Below are positions 37,001 to 49,699 of a stretch of 64,000 bases of DNA, piece by piece. Under the pieces are notes generated by a model that saw nothing but the letters and a program-made list of their open reading frames with translations, did not search any database and was not told the DNA's origin. The first letter of the stretch is position 1; every line of letters starts with the position of its first letter. The position numbers were made by a program, and so were the translations under genes. This DNA comes from Neodothiora populina (taxonomy: Eukaryota), in NCBI RefSeq assembly GCF_041146345.1, contig NW_027191408.1, forward strand, positions 806,001 to 870,000, given 5' to 3'.

Positions 37001-37589
37001 AAGCAGCAGCAGGCAGTTGACTCAGCCATATGAGCAGACGGGCAATGAGCTCCGGATTCTGTCTCTCGCGCTCTTTGAGGGTGTGAAAAGAATCCCAAGC
37101 TCTTGTAGCGGTAGCCTCGGAGTCCGGAGCGGCAGCAAGTGAAGCCAGAAAGTTGGACAGTTCAGGAGGGGACGACTCCGTGGATGAGTGTGACACATGC
37201 ATCTTGTCCATGGGCGATGGTCTGACTTGCGTAGAGGCGGTCATGGAGGAGTAAGTGCGTAGGCCGTTGGTGGAGGCTTTGTGAGCGGCTCTCCGGTCCC
37301 ATATGCGGTCTAGATGAGAGGCGGAGACTCGGCTCATGTAGGCCAGGGTCTGGGCCGGATAGAGAAAGTCCAGGAAGGGCGGCTCTATCGGCGGAACGGC
37401 AGGTTGTTCTGCGTCTTGCAACAAGGGAGGACAGGTGGAGGAGAGAAAGAAGGCGGGCAAATCAATGTCACCTGCGGCGTGGTGCCAGAAGTTTGAGTGC
37501 AACAATCTCCGACTCTTGGGCGCACGTCTCTGAGCGCGCAGCGAGAGGCGTACTCCACTGTCGAGACATGCTGACGCCCGCTCTAGCAT
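34086..37589 (-). CDS. Mitochondrial pentatricopeptide-repeat protein, Cya5/Pet309-like COX1 translation factor
   Basis: Intronless 1167 aa ORF with an Arg-rich presequence. Tandem ~35 aa PPR units include PDLRCYNIVLHAY, PDAYTFGPVLNLY, PTVHMFNSLVVAH, LDANTYGALIQVL and PSGFHYAILMAGY. Confidence 0.82.
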   Translation of the reverse strand: MLERASACLDSGVRLSLRAQRRAPKSRRLLHSNFWHHAAGDIDLPAFFLSSTCPPLLQDAEQPAVPPIEPPFLDFLYPAQTLAYMSRVSASHLDRIWDRRAAHKASTNGLRTYSSMTASTQVRPSPMDKMHVSHSSTESSPPELSNFLASLAAAPDSEATATRAWDSFHTLKERERQNPELIARLLIWLSQLPAAASSQRYILQLFSRLPTEDRSDEVYRAVISAYIATGHMHEAQELHSQARMLLPDRVCGADVMMLHAISNERWDTALEIHESFLPSPPKALWKKLASDPSLDSHILALAKYHMELSDPDQRRRFLGIIEPIWRARIRFAIQSPAFIASGQQGASFRSSLRNLFRNLLSLKLPSRSIYEDLILQLAWTGTSAAIEDVSTLITFAYKRYQESSDFNPSRYMLARLITFWRDQRLAIRGRLSGFKYIDLKTYQRDMERFHERMDDNSLLVVMDCMARLGHMDVVEQYAQKYLALHPEGLKDSGRLWPLVYVHARFARPIEAARQLHRIRADYGVEPDLRCYNIVLHAYEEASDLAGAVETLGDLLRSKIKPDAYTFGPVLNLYAKQGDVDSATNLIQTARTYDLKPTVHMFNSLVVAHVNNDDVESAVKVLEETIELVEKGEADGPITICFNSVLTAHALNRDIESTMLVYRRMKDEGIPLDANTYGALIQVLCFYRQTDAARKIVRTVMRSNNVRPSGFHYAILMAGYVNQGMYSHALDVARDMGSARVRPTGSTRAAQLKAKALHEHSMKGGDLRYAGSDVREPLTDVMKDFEWFCNSERSPPSIDHPGHGLRGQTPVSLLSADFLVFIHGKRRAFDAAKSICETYMSKRAKLEGATELAQPVRLITALMSVHFRNGEYAEVDRYWHLLRSQAEALRKSHADLASPRPRSAAVKSDADAALGPKIPSGSRFILSRPLRYYLASQFSQKESAASSTTELVSSLLSLGYQLDNRTWNAFVVHLCRTSPPRALLAFTLMEKYLIDNWPGWIKARFGVISNKRVVPKDSALREGVEYLRGRTGPTLEDGEEEQNTSPTDSPSRENDDDDDDATAAPRSSTNKSISTRYRAPGTLIPQYKTMVYLASALLELRSLEASGSTAALIRGRQTTLDAAGKEEAFRHVGTLREIREQAPRTWRAARSMPKVYDRLQQRLIRGKE

Positions 37590-38342
37590 GCCACGATTCC
37601 CTTGTCTTGCTCTTCCTCGTCCACTTCAGCTACTCCCTCCAAGACGCCGCCTGCTTTTGAGGAAACTTTGTTCGGCGTCCCTTGGATTCGCTTGCTTCGA
37701 GCGGAATGCTTCTTCCCGGGCCCAAGTGTGCGCAGTGCAGTGATCAATTCAGTGAAGATGACCAGGATCCGGCCAAGAGGCAGCGGAGATTGATTATTGA
37801 CGCCGTGACAGGAGTGACAGAGACGGAAGTGGTGATGTTTTGACTGCACTCATTCCCCTTGGCCTCTTTTTACCATGGACAAGAGCTGGAATTCGTTGTC
37901 TCGCTAGAGGGTGAATGACAGAGACACGGGACGACCTGAGATATTTAAATATTAATAGTGATAAAAAGTTGGCGACAGACACATGCTCTGGGCGGAGGCG
38001 AATGCAATGGACGAGATTCGAGGCGCTACAAGTACAATTTCTTTGACATCAGCACTGGAACAGAAGGAAGCACTGAAGCTTTACACTTGCAAGGGCAATC
38101 ACGACCGACCATTTGTCTCCCCGAAGCGGAAACAAGGCTTGGCATGACCGATGACCGCAACTTCCAGTTCTTGCCTAAACCCCACCATTTGTCCAAGTCG
38201 CTTCCTGCCTGAACTGGTATATTGTACAGTACTGTACTGTACCTGCTGTATCTGTACTGCAGCAGCAAGCTCATCAATATAATATAATAATAATTATTGT
38301 GTCCTTCCACTGACTACTCGCAACCACCACGAACAGTCAGAC

Positions 38343-40395
38343 ATGGACATCACTTCTTTCACCATAGGCAGCCGCGATGCCGCCCTGCTGGTTGGCGACT
38401 ACAATGCATATCGCAAGCAGCTCTCTCGTCAATTGCTGGCCGTGAGGAAACGTTTGGGTCGCTCCACTGCCAAAGGCGCCAAATACACCAACAAGACGAC
38501 GGTGACCGCTGACGACATATCCAAAAACATTGAGGATGCCCACCTTCTGCTGCTCTCCACCGAGCGTGCCTGGGCGCATGCCATGCAGATCAAGTCTTCG
38601 CACTCGGAGGATAATGCTGGCAAGGGAATCACAGGCCAGACACGCTCCCACATCATTTCGAGACTCAACAAGGCAGCCAAGATCGCTGCTTCCTTCCTTG
38701 ACGCTCTGAGGGATCGCTCTGTCTCTGGTGCCACTGACACGGACTTGCTCGAGGCCGAGGCCTATCGCGCATACCTCTCTGGGTCAGAGCACTTCGAAAA
38801 GCAAGCCGAGGGTCAGAGATCCAAAGAGGCGCTGGCTGCTGAAGGAAGATGGGACATCTGTCTGCGTGAGCTTGCAGTCGCCCGCGTCATTTACGCTACA
38901 CTGTTCACTGCCACAAACAAAGATATCTTCCGTGAGATTCTTGCGGGCACCGTCGATCCTACCATTCGCTATGCCGCATACCAGGCTCGTCTCCCCCGCT
39001 CCGTCGCCGTCTCGTCAGTCGCCTTGCGCTTCTTCCCCAGAGATCGCACCGAGCTTGTGAGTCTGCTGCAGAGCGTTGATGCGAACGCCCTTAGCGAGCA
39101 GACTTCTGCTGCAGGTGAGATGGCCTTCTTCACTGCGACAATGTGGAAGCGTCGAATACTGACAATCTCCAGCACCCCAAAATCTCGGCACTGGCGACAT
39201 TCCCAACACCATCCAATGGCGAGGCAGGACTGCCAACATTGTCGACGCTTCCATCGGTCAGGCTCTTGCTACTGTGGCCGCAGCCGAGCCCAAACTCAAC
39301 TCCTTCCTATCTTCGTCAAGTAAGCCAGCGACGCGAGAGAAGGCTGCCGCCTACGATGAAGTCCTGATCGCCAGCCAAGATGCCGCCGATGCCACCCGCC
39401 GCGCCATCGAAGAGCTGGAGAAGGAGGGCGTCGACGAGGGCGATGCCAGGATGCAGGACCTTCGCGTCACCAGTCTTGCTGTCAACTATGCTCTGGTCAG
39501 CTGGCGTGTGGGCCGCAATCGCGCCTTGATCGGCAGCGATGATGGTATATCTTTCGAGGACAAGAAAGCCAAACGCGCCAAACGTCAAAAGGTCGACTCG
39601 GAAGAAAAGGCACCGAAGGAGGAGGCTAGAGGTAGCAAGCTTGCTCGTCTACGCGAGAGAATTGTGCTTTACGATGCCACCATTCAGAGCATAGAATCCA
39701 TCAAGGAACTACGAGGTGCCATGAGAGACGAGTCTTTCGTACAAGAGATTGACGGCAAGCGCGCCTATTTCCAGGCTCTACGGTATGTCTTCTGACTTTT
39801 TCTTTTTTTTCTTTTTTGTCCAAATAACAGCATCTCTTACTGATGCTCGTCCAGATGCCTGAACATTGCCGTCTCGCACGAGCTCATGTCTAACCACGCC
39901 AATGCTCTCGCACTCGTCGCTCGCGGATTCGAGTATGCGACACAAAGCCTCAAATCTATCCCGGCCGACGCACCAGAGGTCACGACGGCGCCAACGTTAG
40001 ATCTCACCAAGACTCAAGCGCAGGAGTTGCAGACCAAGCTCAAGTACCTAGTGTATCGCACGCAGGCACTTGTCGACCTGGACAAGTTCCACGACAATGC
40101 CGCCATTGCAGCATCGAAGAACATGGCATCGGCGGCGCCTCTCGTGCAACGGCTCACCGAATACCCGACGCCGGGTGTCAACGTCGACTTGCAGAATCTT
40201 GTGACTTACCCGCCCAAGATCGAGCCAGTGCCGGTCAAACCGTTGTTCTTTGACATTGCGTGGAACTACATTGATTACCCCGGAAGAGCAAAGGAGGAGG
40301 TGGAACAAAAGGCGCAGGCGAACGGCGGCGCAGAAGTAGAGCAGCCGCAGGAAGACACTCCGAAGAAGAAGGGTTGGTTCGGCTTTGGAAGGTAA
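38343..40395 (+). CDS. SRP68: Signal recognition particle subunit Srp68
   Basis: GDYNAYRKQL, ERAWAHAM, VDPTIRYAAYQ, PVPVKPLFFDIAWNYIDYP and C-terminal KKGWFGFGR. Introns at 39115-39172 and 39783-39854. Confidence 0.93.
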
Positions 40396-41129
40396 TGGGA
40401 TGAAGACGTCTTTTCGAAGAGCCATGATCTTGTTTCTCGCCACACTAAAGAGTCGCAACGATAATGCTACTTCGACTTTCCAGTGAAACAAAGCAAACCT
40501 CGGATATGAAGATGAGCCATGCCATAGGAAAGTGCAGCCACAGCTTGCAATTGTATAATATTCAGATCATAGTGGAGGTTTCTGAAGTTGACTTATTCTG
40601 CTGTCTACACTCATGTGCCCGTCGACGAAGTGCAGCAGGCCCTCTCGACAGCAGACGAAAAATGTCACACTATATATGATCATGAGAGATCGGATCAATG
40701 TGGCTTCACTGTAGGTGGTTTATCCATTGAAAGCACACAAATTGGTGGTGGTGAGTGCATGGCGTCAGCGAGCGGGGCAATGCACAAAGGCATATTTCTT
40801 GCCCCGGGCACAAAATGGATTGATTCGGTTTCGTGTTAGAGATTCAGAGTAGCGACTACCTCAACCTCAGAGTTGCTGTTGACTTCCATTTCCATCATCA
40901 TCATCACCATCATCATCCGCTCCATCTATCAATCAGCATCTGGATTTGGCCATTAACTTTGTCGAATCTACACATAGCATGCTGGTTTTGATCATAAAGC
41001 GCAACACCTGAACCCCCGTCTAAAATCGACCGAAAAGTCTTTCTCCACGACGACAAACCTCCAGGCAACAACCTAGTCACTCTGGTCCATTCCCGTCTAC
41101 ACGCACTACACACGACACAACTCGACAAC

Positions 41130-41516
41130 ATGGCGCCCAAGAAGAAGGGAAACAAGAAGCAGCAGGACGACTGGGAAGCCGAGCTCGGCGAGACCGTCGA
41201 CCCCATTGCGCAGGCCGAGCAGGAGGCAAAAGCCGCCGAAGCAGCCAAGGATGCTGAAGCTGATGATGGCGAGGCCACCGGTGGTGCTGGCGGCCTGATG
41301 GCTGCTTTGCGCAAGAGAAAGGACAAGAAGGGAGGCAAGAAGGGCAAGCCCGTCGAGGACTTTGTCGAAGGCGAAGATCCTCCGGCTGCAGACGATGCTG
41401 AGGCTGCTAATGGCACCGCCACTCCTCCCGTCGACCTTGCCGACAAGGCGCCCCAGGAGGGCAACATGGAGGACGAGGACGTCTTCGGACAGCCCATGAA
41501 GAAGGGCAAGGGTGGC

Positions 41517-41552
<36 letters not shown>

Positions 41553-44500
41553 GCCGAGGAGCAAGACAATGACGACCCAGACAACGACGGCAGCGGCAGA
41601 ATATTGACCAAGAAGGAGAAGGAGAAGCTCAAGAAGGAGCGCGAGAAGGCGAGAAAGAAGGAACAGGTGTGTCTTATTGCTACTCTAAGTACCATCATGC
41701 TACCATACTGACCACCGCTTCTCGTACAGGCTGCCGCCAAAAAGAAGACGGCACCAGCCCCGGCTGCTACGGCCGAAGCTGCCAAACCCGAAGCTGCTGT
41801 CGCTGCTCCAGAGCCCGTCGCCGCCGCTCCAGAGCCCACTACTGGTGGCAAGAAGAAGAAGCTCAACCCTGCCCTCGCCGCTCTCCAGAAAGCACAGGAG
41901 GAACGCCGTCGACGTGAGGAAGAGGAGGCTCGTCTGGCTGCCGAAGAGAAGGCTCGCATCGAGGAGGAGGAGCGACTTGCCGCCGAGGAAGAACAGCGCC
42001 AGATCGAGGCCAAGGCTGCCAAGAAAGAGCGAGAGAGGCAGAAGATCGAGCAGCTCAAGAAGGAGGGCAAGTACAAGACCAAGGCACAGAAAGAAGCCGA
42101 TGCGAGGGCAAAAGCGCGCCTGCAACAGATGCTCGACAGCGGCATGGTTGTCTCCGGTATCTCCGGCGACGCCGACGAGCAGGAGAAGAAGGTGAAGAAG
42201 GAGGATCGACGAAAGAAGAACCCCAAGAAGATTGCCGAGGAGAAGGCTGCCGCCGAAGCCAAAGCCAGAGAAGAGGAGGAGGCCAGACAGAAGCTCGAAG
42301 CACTCCGCGTCGCCGAAGAGAAAGAACAGGCCGCTGCCGCTGCTGCTGAAGAGGCCAAGAAGAACGCCGAGTCCAAGAAGGCGGAAGAGGAGGATGAGCT
42401 CGAGGACTGGGAGGCCGAGGCCGCTAAGCTCGAGTCTGATGCAGACGGTGGTGTCAAGGACAGCTGGGATGCAGAGAGCGGTGACGAGGCCGATGACAAG
42501 CTCGTCAAACCTGCGCTTAACGGCAAGCCTGTCCAGGCTGGCGCTAAGGGATCCAAGGCCGAGATTGTCGAGGACTCGGACAGCGACTCTGACAGCGAAT
42601 CTGACTCCGACTCCGACTCGTCTTCCGAAGACGAAGAGACCACCAACGCTCGTCGCGTCGCTCTCCAGAAGAAGCAGGATGCCTCCCGGCAGCGCAAGCA
42701 GAGGGAAGCGGACGCCCGTGCCAAGGGTTCCAAGGACAACCTCCGCTCGCCCATCTGCTGTATTCTCGGTCACGTCGATACTGGTAAGACGAAGCTTCTC
42801 GATAAGATTCGTCAGACCAACGTCCAGGAAGGCGAAGCAGGTGGTATCACCCAACAAATCGGTGCCACTTACTTTCCCGTCGATGCTCTTCAGAAGAAGA
42901 CTGCAGTTGTGAACCAGGACGGTTCTTTCGAGTTCAAGGTTCCCGGTCTATTGGTCATCGATACCCCTGGTCACGAGTCTTTCACCAACCTCCGTTCTCG
43001 TGGTTCTTCCCTCTGTAACATTGCCATTCTCGTTGTTGATATCATGCACGGTCTCGAGCCTCAGACCCTTGAGTCGATGAGATTGCTCAGAGAGAGGAAG
43101 ACTCCTTTCATCGTCGCACTCAACAAGATCGATCGTCTCTACGGCTGGAAGAAGATTGACAACAACGGTTTCCGCGAGTCTCTTGCCTTCCAGACCAAGG
43201 GCGTTCAGAACGAGTTCAGGGACAGACTGGAGAAGACCAAGGTTGCCTTTGCTGAGCAGGGCTTCAACTCCGAGCTCTTCTACGACAACAAGTCCTTGGC
43301 CAAGAATGTTTCACTTGTGCCTACCTCCGCCCACACTGGTGAGGGTATCCCCGACATGATCAAGCTCCTCGTCAGTCTTACGCAAGAGAGGATGGCCGGC
43401 CAGCTCATGTATCTGTCTGATGTCGTTGAGTGTACCGTTTTGGAGGTAAAGCAGATCGAGGGTCTGGGTACCACTATCGATGTCGTGCTCTCCAACGGTG
43501 TTCTACGAGAAGGTGATCGCATAGTGTTGTGCGGAACGGACGGACCCATCACGACAGATATCCGTGCATTACTCACACCTGCAGAGATGAAGGAGCTGCG
43601 TGTCAAGTCTCAATACGTGCACAACAAGGAGGTCAAGGCCGCTCTGGGTGTCAAGATTGCCGCCAACGGCCTCGACAACGCCATTGCTGGATCTCGTCTG
43701 CTTGTCGTCGGACCCGAGGATGACGAGGAAGACCTCGAAGACGAAGTCATGGGCGATCTCGAGAACCTTTTGTCCAGGATTTCCACCACTGGACGTGGTG
43801 TCACTGTTCAGGCATCTACTCTTGGATCTCTCGAGGCTCTGTTGGAGTTCTTGAAGCAGATGAAGATTCCTGTTGCCAACATTTCCATTGGACCCGTCCA
43901 CAAGCGTGATGTCATTACCGCTTCGACGATGCTGGAAAAGGCCAAGGAATACGCAATCATGCTGTGTTTCGATGTCAAGGTGGACAAGGAAGCCCAACAG
44001 TACGCCAACGACGTCGGTGTCAAGATCTTCACGGCAGAGATTATCTACCACTTATTCGACGACTTCTCCAAGCACATGGCTGCACTGAAGGAGCAGAGAA
44101 AGGAGGAGAGCAAGATGCTTGCTGTCTTCCCTTGCGTGCTCCGACCTATCTCTGTCTTCAACAAGACCGACCCTATCGTCATCGGTGTCGATGTCATTGA
44201 CGGTAACCTCCGCGTCAACACTCCTCTTGCAGTTGTACGACAAAACGCCGTGACTGGAGCCAAGGAGGTCATCAACCTCGGCAGAGTGTAAGTCTTTTCT
44301 TTTTCCGTCTAACCACCTCTCGAACAACCACTGACCTAAAACCACAGCACCTCGATCGAACGCGAACACAAGCAAATCCCCATCTGCAAAAAGGGCCAGC
44401 CCTCAGTGGCCGTCAAGATCGAAAGCGGCAACCAGCCCATGTACGGACGCCAACTCGACGATAAGAACCTCGATACCATTTACTCGCTTGTGTCGAGAGC

Positions 44501-44600
44501 CAGTATCGACTGTCTCAAGGAGTACTTCAGAGACGAAGTCAGCAAGGAGGAGTGGACGCTTATCGCCAAGCACCTCAAGCCGCTTTTCGATGTCGTTTAG
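41130..44600 (+). CDS. FUN12: Eukaryotic translation initiation factor 5B
   Basis: Charged N-terminal region, then G-domain [29 protein letters not shown] and NKID, then [13 protein letters not shown]. Introns at 41667-41729 and 44288-44347. Confidence 0.97.
41520..41549 (+). repeat. (CAG)10 trinucleotide repeat encoding polyQ in the eIF5B N-terminus
   Basis: Ten perfect in-frame CAG units. Confidence 0.95.
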
Positions 44601-46182
44601 GTCTTGATTGTTTCGTCTTTTCTTGAGAAAATTGGATTGAGTAAAGGCCGTGGGATGATGCAAATGTCATGCATGAATGTACACGAAGACGAAGATGGGG
44701 GACATACCTGTCCGAGCCTAGGTCACGAGCTAAACCTACAGAGACTGGGGGAAATGGTTTAACAAGTGGTAAACGGACGAAAATGGGTCCATGTTCCATC
44801 GACTGGGTCAAAAGAGATGAGTCAAGGATGTATCCACTCTTGCAGAAAGCGGGGCGCCATGAGAAGAAACAAAAAAGAAGAAGAAGAAGAAGAAAGTAAC
44901 CGATAGCATATCTCCCATCTATATTCTATCCTCCTACATATTTCCCACCACCACCACCACCATCGCCACAAAAGAAATGTAGAATTGCCTATTCCGTGTC
45001 GCACAATTCGCACTCTTGTACGCATCTTTCCGCACACACATCTCCAATCCACGAAAAGCACCCAGTCTATGAAAGTGCAAGACATGTGAATACCTCGGTC
45101 AAGCAAATAGATGCACGCCTGCTCCTAGCAAGTAAACCCGATATATTATCTTCAGACACCCACGCGGGTTTATATGACGCTATCTGTCAATCAATCAAGA
45201 GACTCTCAAAGGAAGACCGCAGGAATCATGTAACAGGATAGAAGTCGGAGAACAGCAAAAGGCAGATCAAAAGGGTTTGTCGGGATGGGATAGGATAGGA
45301 CAGTGGTTGTGTGGGTGGGTCTTCGCATGCTCTGGTCTTGCGACGATGGGAAGGAAAGATGCGCTCGCTTTGGTTTGTTTGCGTTGGACTGAACTGGACA
45401 GATTGGTTACCTAAGGTATGGGATACTTCGGTCACTTGCTTTACTTTACTTTACTTGTGACGGAACTGTGAAGAGGATATGGTGAATAGAGCATATATTT
45501 CCCCCCCCCTCCCTTCCGCATGCTCACATTGATTCACAGCAGCGATATAGGTCGCCGATCTGTGCTGTATCCTGCCCATCTGCGCTGGCCATACCTGACT
45601 GCGATTTCTGCCATGGTCGTTTGTTCGAGCCATCTGTTCGAGGCTCATATCCACAGGTCTACCCTGTTTAGCGACCTCACGACCGTCAGCGATTTACCTA
45701 CAGTCATCACACAAGCCTTCCAATCCCTTTTCTCTCTCTCCCTCTCACTTCTATTCAGGACTTGTGGTTTTTACGCTTGTATGCTGTATATATCCTACAG
45801 TAGTAGCTCAGCACTTCTTTTTGTAGAAACCACGCACTCACTCAGCCCTAAGTCTGTGCTTGATGCCGAGTGAGTGATCCCGAGTATTCCTCGCAGACAT
45901 CAGGACTCAATCCTTTCGATCCCGATAAATGTTCTTGCTCTTCTTTTTGCCTGCGGCCCCTGGTCCCCGGCCTTCTGTCCGTGTACGGTGCAGTACTGTA
46001 CTCTGGCTACCGTTGGCGGGAGAAAAGCTATGACAAGTCCCGAAAGCATGTACTGTATATGGCCCAACGTTTGGAAAGCGCCAAGTACATCGACGGAAAT
46101 AAACGAGAACCAAAAAGCCAGTGACCTGTCCTATTAGCCTGATCAGAGACGGTGTTGAATCAGCGCGAGAAAGTGTCTGTCC

Positions 46183-47233
46183 CTGGGGTCGGGAAGAGCA
46201 GGAATAGTAATAGAGCAAAGAGAGTCCACGCCCCGCACTACTCCTCGGAGATCAACTTCGTCTAGTGCCAACTGTTACCATAGCTTCTCGTAACACGAGG
46301 AGAGGCTAGATCTCCCCGCATCGTATATCATGTCCTGTGGGGGAGGGGGAAGGGGTGTGGGGCGCGTAGCGAATGCAAGTCAAGCGCGCGAGTGGTCAGC
46401 AGAAGCATCTTTTGACAGCGCCGATCATCTTCTCGTTGGGTCTTTTTCTTTTGCGAAGCAGTCGTCAGTCGTCACTGGCTCCTGGTGGTGATCAGAGATC
46501 GCATCTGCTTTGGTGATGGTTGGTATGGACATCCCTAACAACAAAAGAAACATGCCAGATATGTCGATGACTTGATGACAGACATCTCCCAAATCCGAGG
46601 GATTCGACGTAAGATCCTAGTTCTTACTCCAGAACACGAATGATCATGCGAGATCGCTCAAACTCGTGGACCACCACGCGAGAACAGTTAGAGTTAATCT
46701 TGCACTTGCAGCAATGGTAGATCATTGCATTTTCTTCCCCGTCTGTGCAGAGAGTGGAGGCAGTTTTACGGGACTAGAAAAAAGAGCGAAGCAAAAATGG
46801 CTTACGGTACCGTATTCAGCCTCTTGCAGCGAACTTCGTGAGCTGATACCCGAGATCACCGAGCGAAGACCGCAAGCCGTTTGATTTAGCTTTTGGCTTC
46901 ATCGCATTTCCATTGAATTTGTGGAAAAACTAAGAATGTATGAAGAGATAAAAGACAATGTGCTGCTCCCAATGTTTCCGCGCCGAGGGGTGACTCGGCA
47001 ATGTTCAGCACAGAAATTGAAAGGTCGTGCACGATAATCTCAGACACTCGACCAGTTGCCATTGTTGAACTTGGCCGCATGTTGATCGTCAACGAAACTA
47101 TCACACATAATAGAAACCATGCGATCGGGTTTCCAAGTCCGGAGAAGTCTTGCACTTCCCCTTACCGGCCGACCGTGCACCACGACCCCGGCCGGGGTAA
47201 GCGTGGAGCTAATGCACCGGGCTTCAAGCGGGG
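46183..47233. promoter_or_regulatory. Cluster of SYGGRG (CreA/Mig1-type) sites upstream of JEN1
   Basis: Matches at 46183, 46231, 46314, 46337, 46357, 46754, 47186, 47192, 47203 and 47228, consistent with glucose repression of a carboxylate permease. Confidence 0.5.
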
Positions 47234-47795
47234 CATGGAACAAGCGCCTTGCCGCGCCAATATTTGGCTGAGGACAGGCGCCACACCCTACCTGATTTGT
47301 GGACTTGTTCGTGAGAGATGGGAGTCAGTGATCCGGTGACAACACCGAAAGGAACGGCACACCGATACGTAGCGGGCGTGGTGGCTATACCCGTAGGATT
47401 GCGGGATGAGTGTGACAGTGGGTCGCTCGCACATAAAAAGAATGGTTTGCCCCCCAAGCTACCACATCGTTTCCTTTCCTCATCCTCGATCATTCCTCGT
47501 GGGACCAACTTCTTCCCTTCCTACTCAATTGTGCGCCAGAATTGAGATTAGGCCAACATATCAGGTCTTGCTTGAATAACCAAGCAATTGCCAAGGTACG
47601 TTCTCCCCTCTTCGTGCGAAGCTTGCTGTGGCTTCATTGTCTTGGTTTTTCCTGGGCACGCCAAGTAAGGCTTGCTCTGCATTAGCATCCTCAACGCCTC
47701 ACGACACCAAGATTGAAATTCTTCGGTTCATGATGAAGACCTTGACTATATAGTATGCTGATTATGGCCACAATAGGTAGCTGTATTTCCCAATC

Positions 47796-49374
47796 ATGGA
47801 GAAGGATTACGTCGAGCAGAATGAGCATTATATGCCATCCTCAGGTGAACCTGTGGAGCACATGAGCGTAAGCAAATATGCAGCCACCCGAATCACCACT
47901 TTGAAGCCTCCCATGAACAAAGTGGCCAATCCGATCAAGCTTTTACGTATGCTGAACAAGGAACAATGGCTGTTCTTTGCAATCGCATTCGCCGCCTGGT
48001 CATGGGATGCATTCGATTTCTTCACCGTCTCCTTGACTGTCGAGGATCTTGCTGAAGACTTCGGCAAGACCAAAAAAGACATCACCTGGGGCATTACGCT
48101 TGTGCTCATGTTCAGGTCCGTGGGCTCAACCATCTTCGGTATCGCAGCCGATCGTTATGGCAGGAAATGGCCTTTCGTCATCAACAACGTTCTTTTCATC
48201 GTACTGGAATTGGGTACAGGTTTCTGCCAAACATACGAGCAATTCCTGGCTGTCCGAGCTCTCTTTGGAATCGCCATGGGTGGTCTGTACGGAAACGTCG
48301 CTGCTACCGCCCTGGAAGATTGCCCACACGAGGCTCGTGGATTGATCTCTGGCATGCTGCAGCAAGGTTATGCTTTTGGCTATCTGCTCGCTGTCGTTTT
48401 CGCGAGAGCTCTCGTCAACACTACTAGCCACGGCTGGAGACCTCTGTTCTGGTTCGGTGCTTGCCCACCTATTCTGTTCATCATCTTCCGTATGTTTCTC
48501 CCAGAGACTCAGGCTTACAGAGAACGCGAGGCTGTCCGTGAGGGCTCTGATAATGTTGGAAAGACGTTCATCAGGGAGGGCAAGGTTGCGCTCAAGAAGC
48601 ATTGGCTTCTTCTCATCTACATGGTCTTGCTCATGGCTGGCTTCAACTTCATGTCCCACGGTTCGCAAGACCTGTACCCTACTCTGCTGTCCAGTCAATA
48701 CGGCTTCTCCCCGAACAAGGTTACCGTGACCCAAGTTGTCGCAAATTTGGGCGCCATCACTGGAGGTTCCGTGGTCGGCTACTGCAGCTCTATCTTCGGT
48801 CGTCGTTTCACCATCATCGTTGTATGCATTGTCGGTGGTGCTATTCTCTACCCTTACGGCTTTGTCAGCAACAACGGAGTCATTGCTGCGGCATTCTTCC
48901 AGCAGTTCTGTGTTCAGGGTGCTTGGGGTGTCATTCCTATCCACTTGATGGAGCTTTCTCCAGGATCTTTCAGAACCTTTGTTGTCGGAACTGCCTACCA
49001 ACTCGGCAACCTGGCTTCTAGCGCTAGTTCTACCATCGAGGCAACAATTGGAGAGCAGTATCCTCTTCCTCCCAAGAAGGGTGTTGCCAGATATGATTAC
49101 GGCAGAGTGTAAGTTTTGCAGGCTTCCTAAAAATTTATGACCGTATGACTGATCGTGTATTTCTAGCATCGTTATCTTCCTGGGCGCTGTGTACGCTTAC
49201 GTCGTCCTTCTCACCTTCGTCGGACCCGAATTCCTTGGCCGCGACATGTCTGCTATTCATGACAATGATATGGAAGAAGCAGCTGGTCACGAGGCTCTGG
49301 AAAAGGCTGCGAAGGGCAAACACTACGAGGACAGACAGTATTCTGCGGACAGCGATGCTGTCAGCCGCGTTTGA
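47796..49374 (+). CDS. JEN1: Jen1-family monocarboxylate/dicarboxylate:H+ symporter (MFS)
   Basis: WDAFDFF, ADRYGRK, SGMLQQGYAFGYLLA and the Jen1 signature NFMSHGSQDLYPT. Intron at 49109-49166. Confidence 0.94.
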
Positions 49375-49699
49375 TCCCGAACACGCCCACCATCATCCTA
49401 TAATTTGATTCTTGTTTATACCCGGGAGTCGCGCCCTTTTCGCGATGTGTTGCGTATGTTTGTCGGAGGATTGGGATTTGGTAGAATCTATGCTAGCTAC
49501 AGTACTCAGATTTCTCCACAAATTTCACCCACGGTTCCACAGAAGCTAGGACCATGAGCTCCATCACAAACAAGAGAGATCTAAAGCTTGTCGTAACGTC
49601 AATCCCCACTGTCTGAGATCTGGAAAGTGCTAAATGCTATACTGCTGATGAAGATGTGAATGCAATTGCGACCTCCTCTTGCTTTGTGAGTGTTTCTTC

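Noticed and set aside
40913..42857. Long antisense ORFs (613 aa and 385 aa) over eIF5B
   Set aside because: Shadow frames of a codon-biased, low-complexity charged region; the products are Ser/Phe/Leu mirror sequences.
45480..46000. Splice-like signals (TTTTTGTAG, GTGAGT) between eIF5B and JEN1
   Set aside because: I could not assemble a coherent reading frame or a canonical branch point.
44279..49114. Identical 15-mer CGGCAGAGTGTAAGT at the last-intron donors of eIF5B and JEN1
   Set aside because: Six bases are the donor consensus, and a match of this length is expected by chance in 64 kb.
48126..49169. 347-aa antisense ORF over JEN1
   Set aside because: Shadow ORF of a well-supported gene, with no recognisable motifs.
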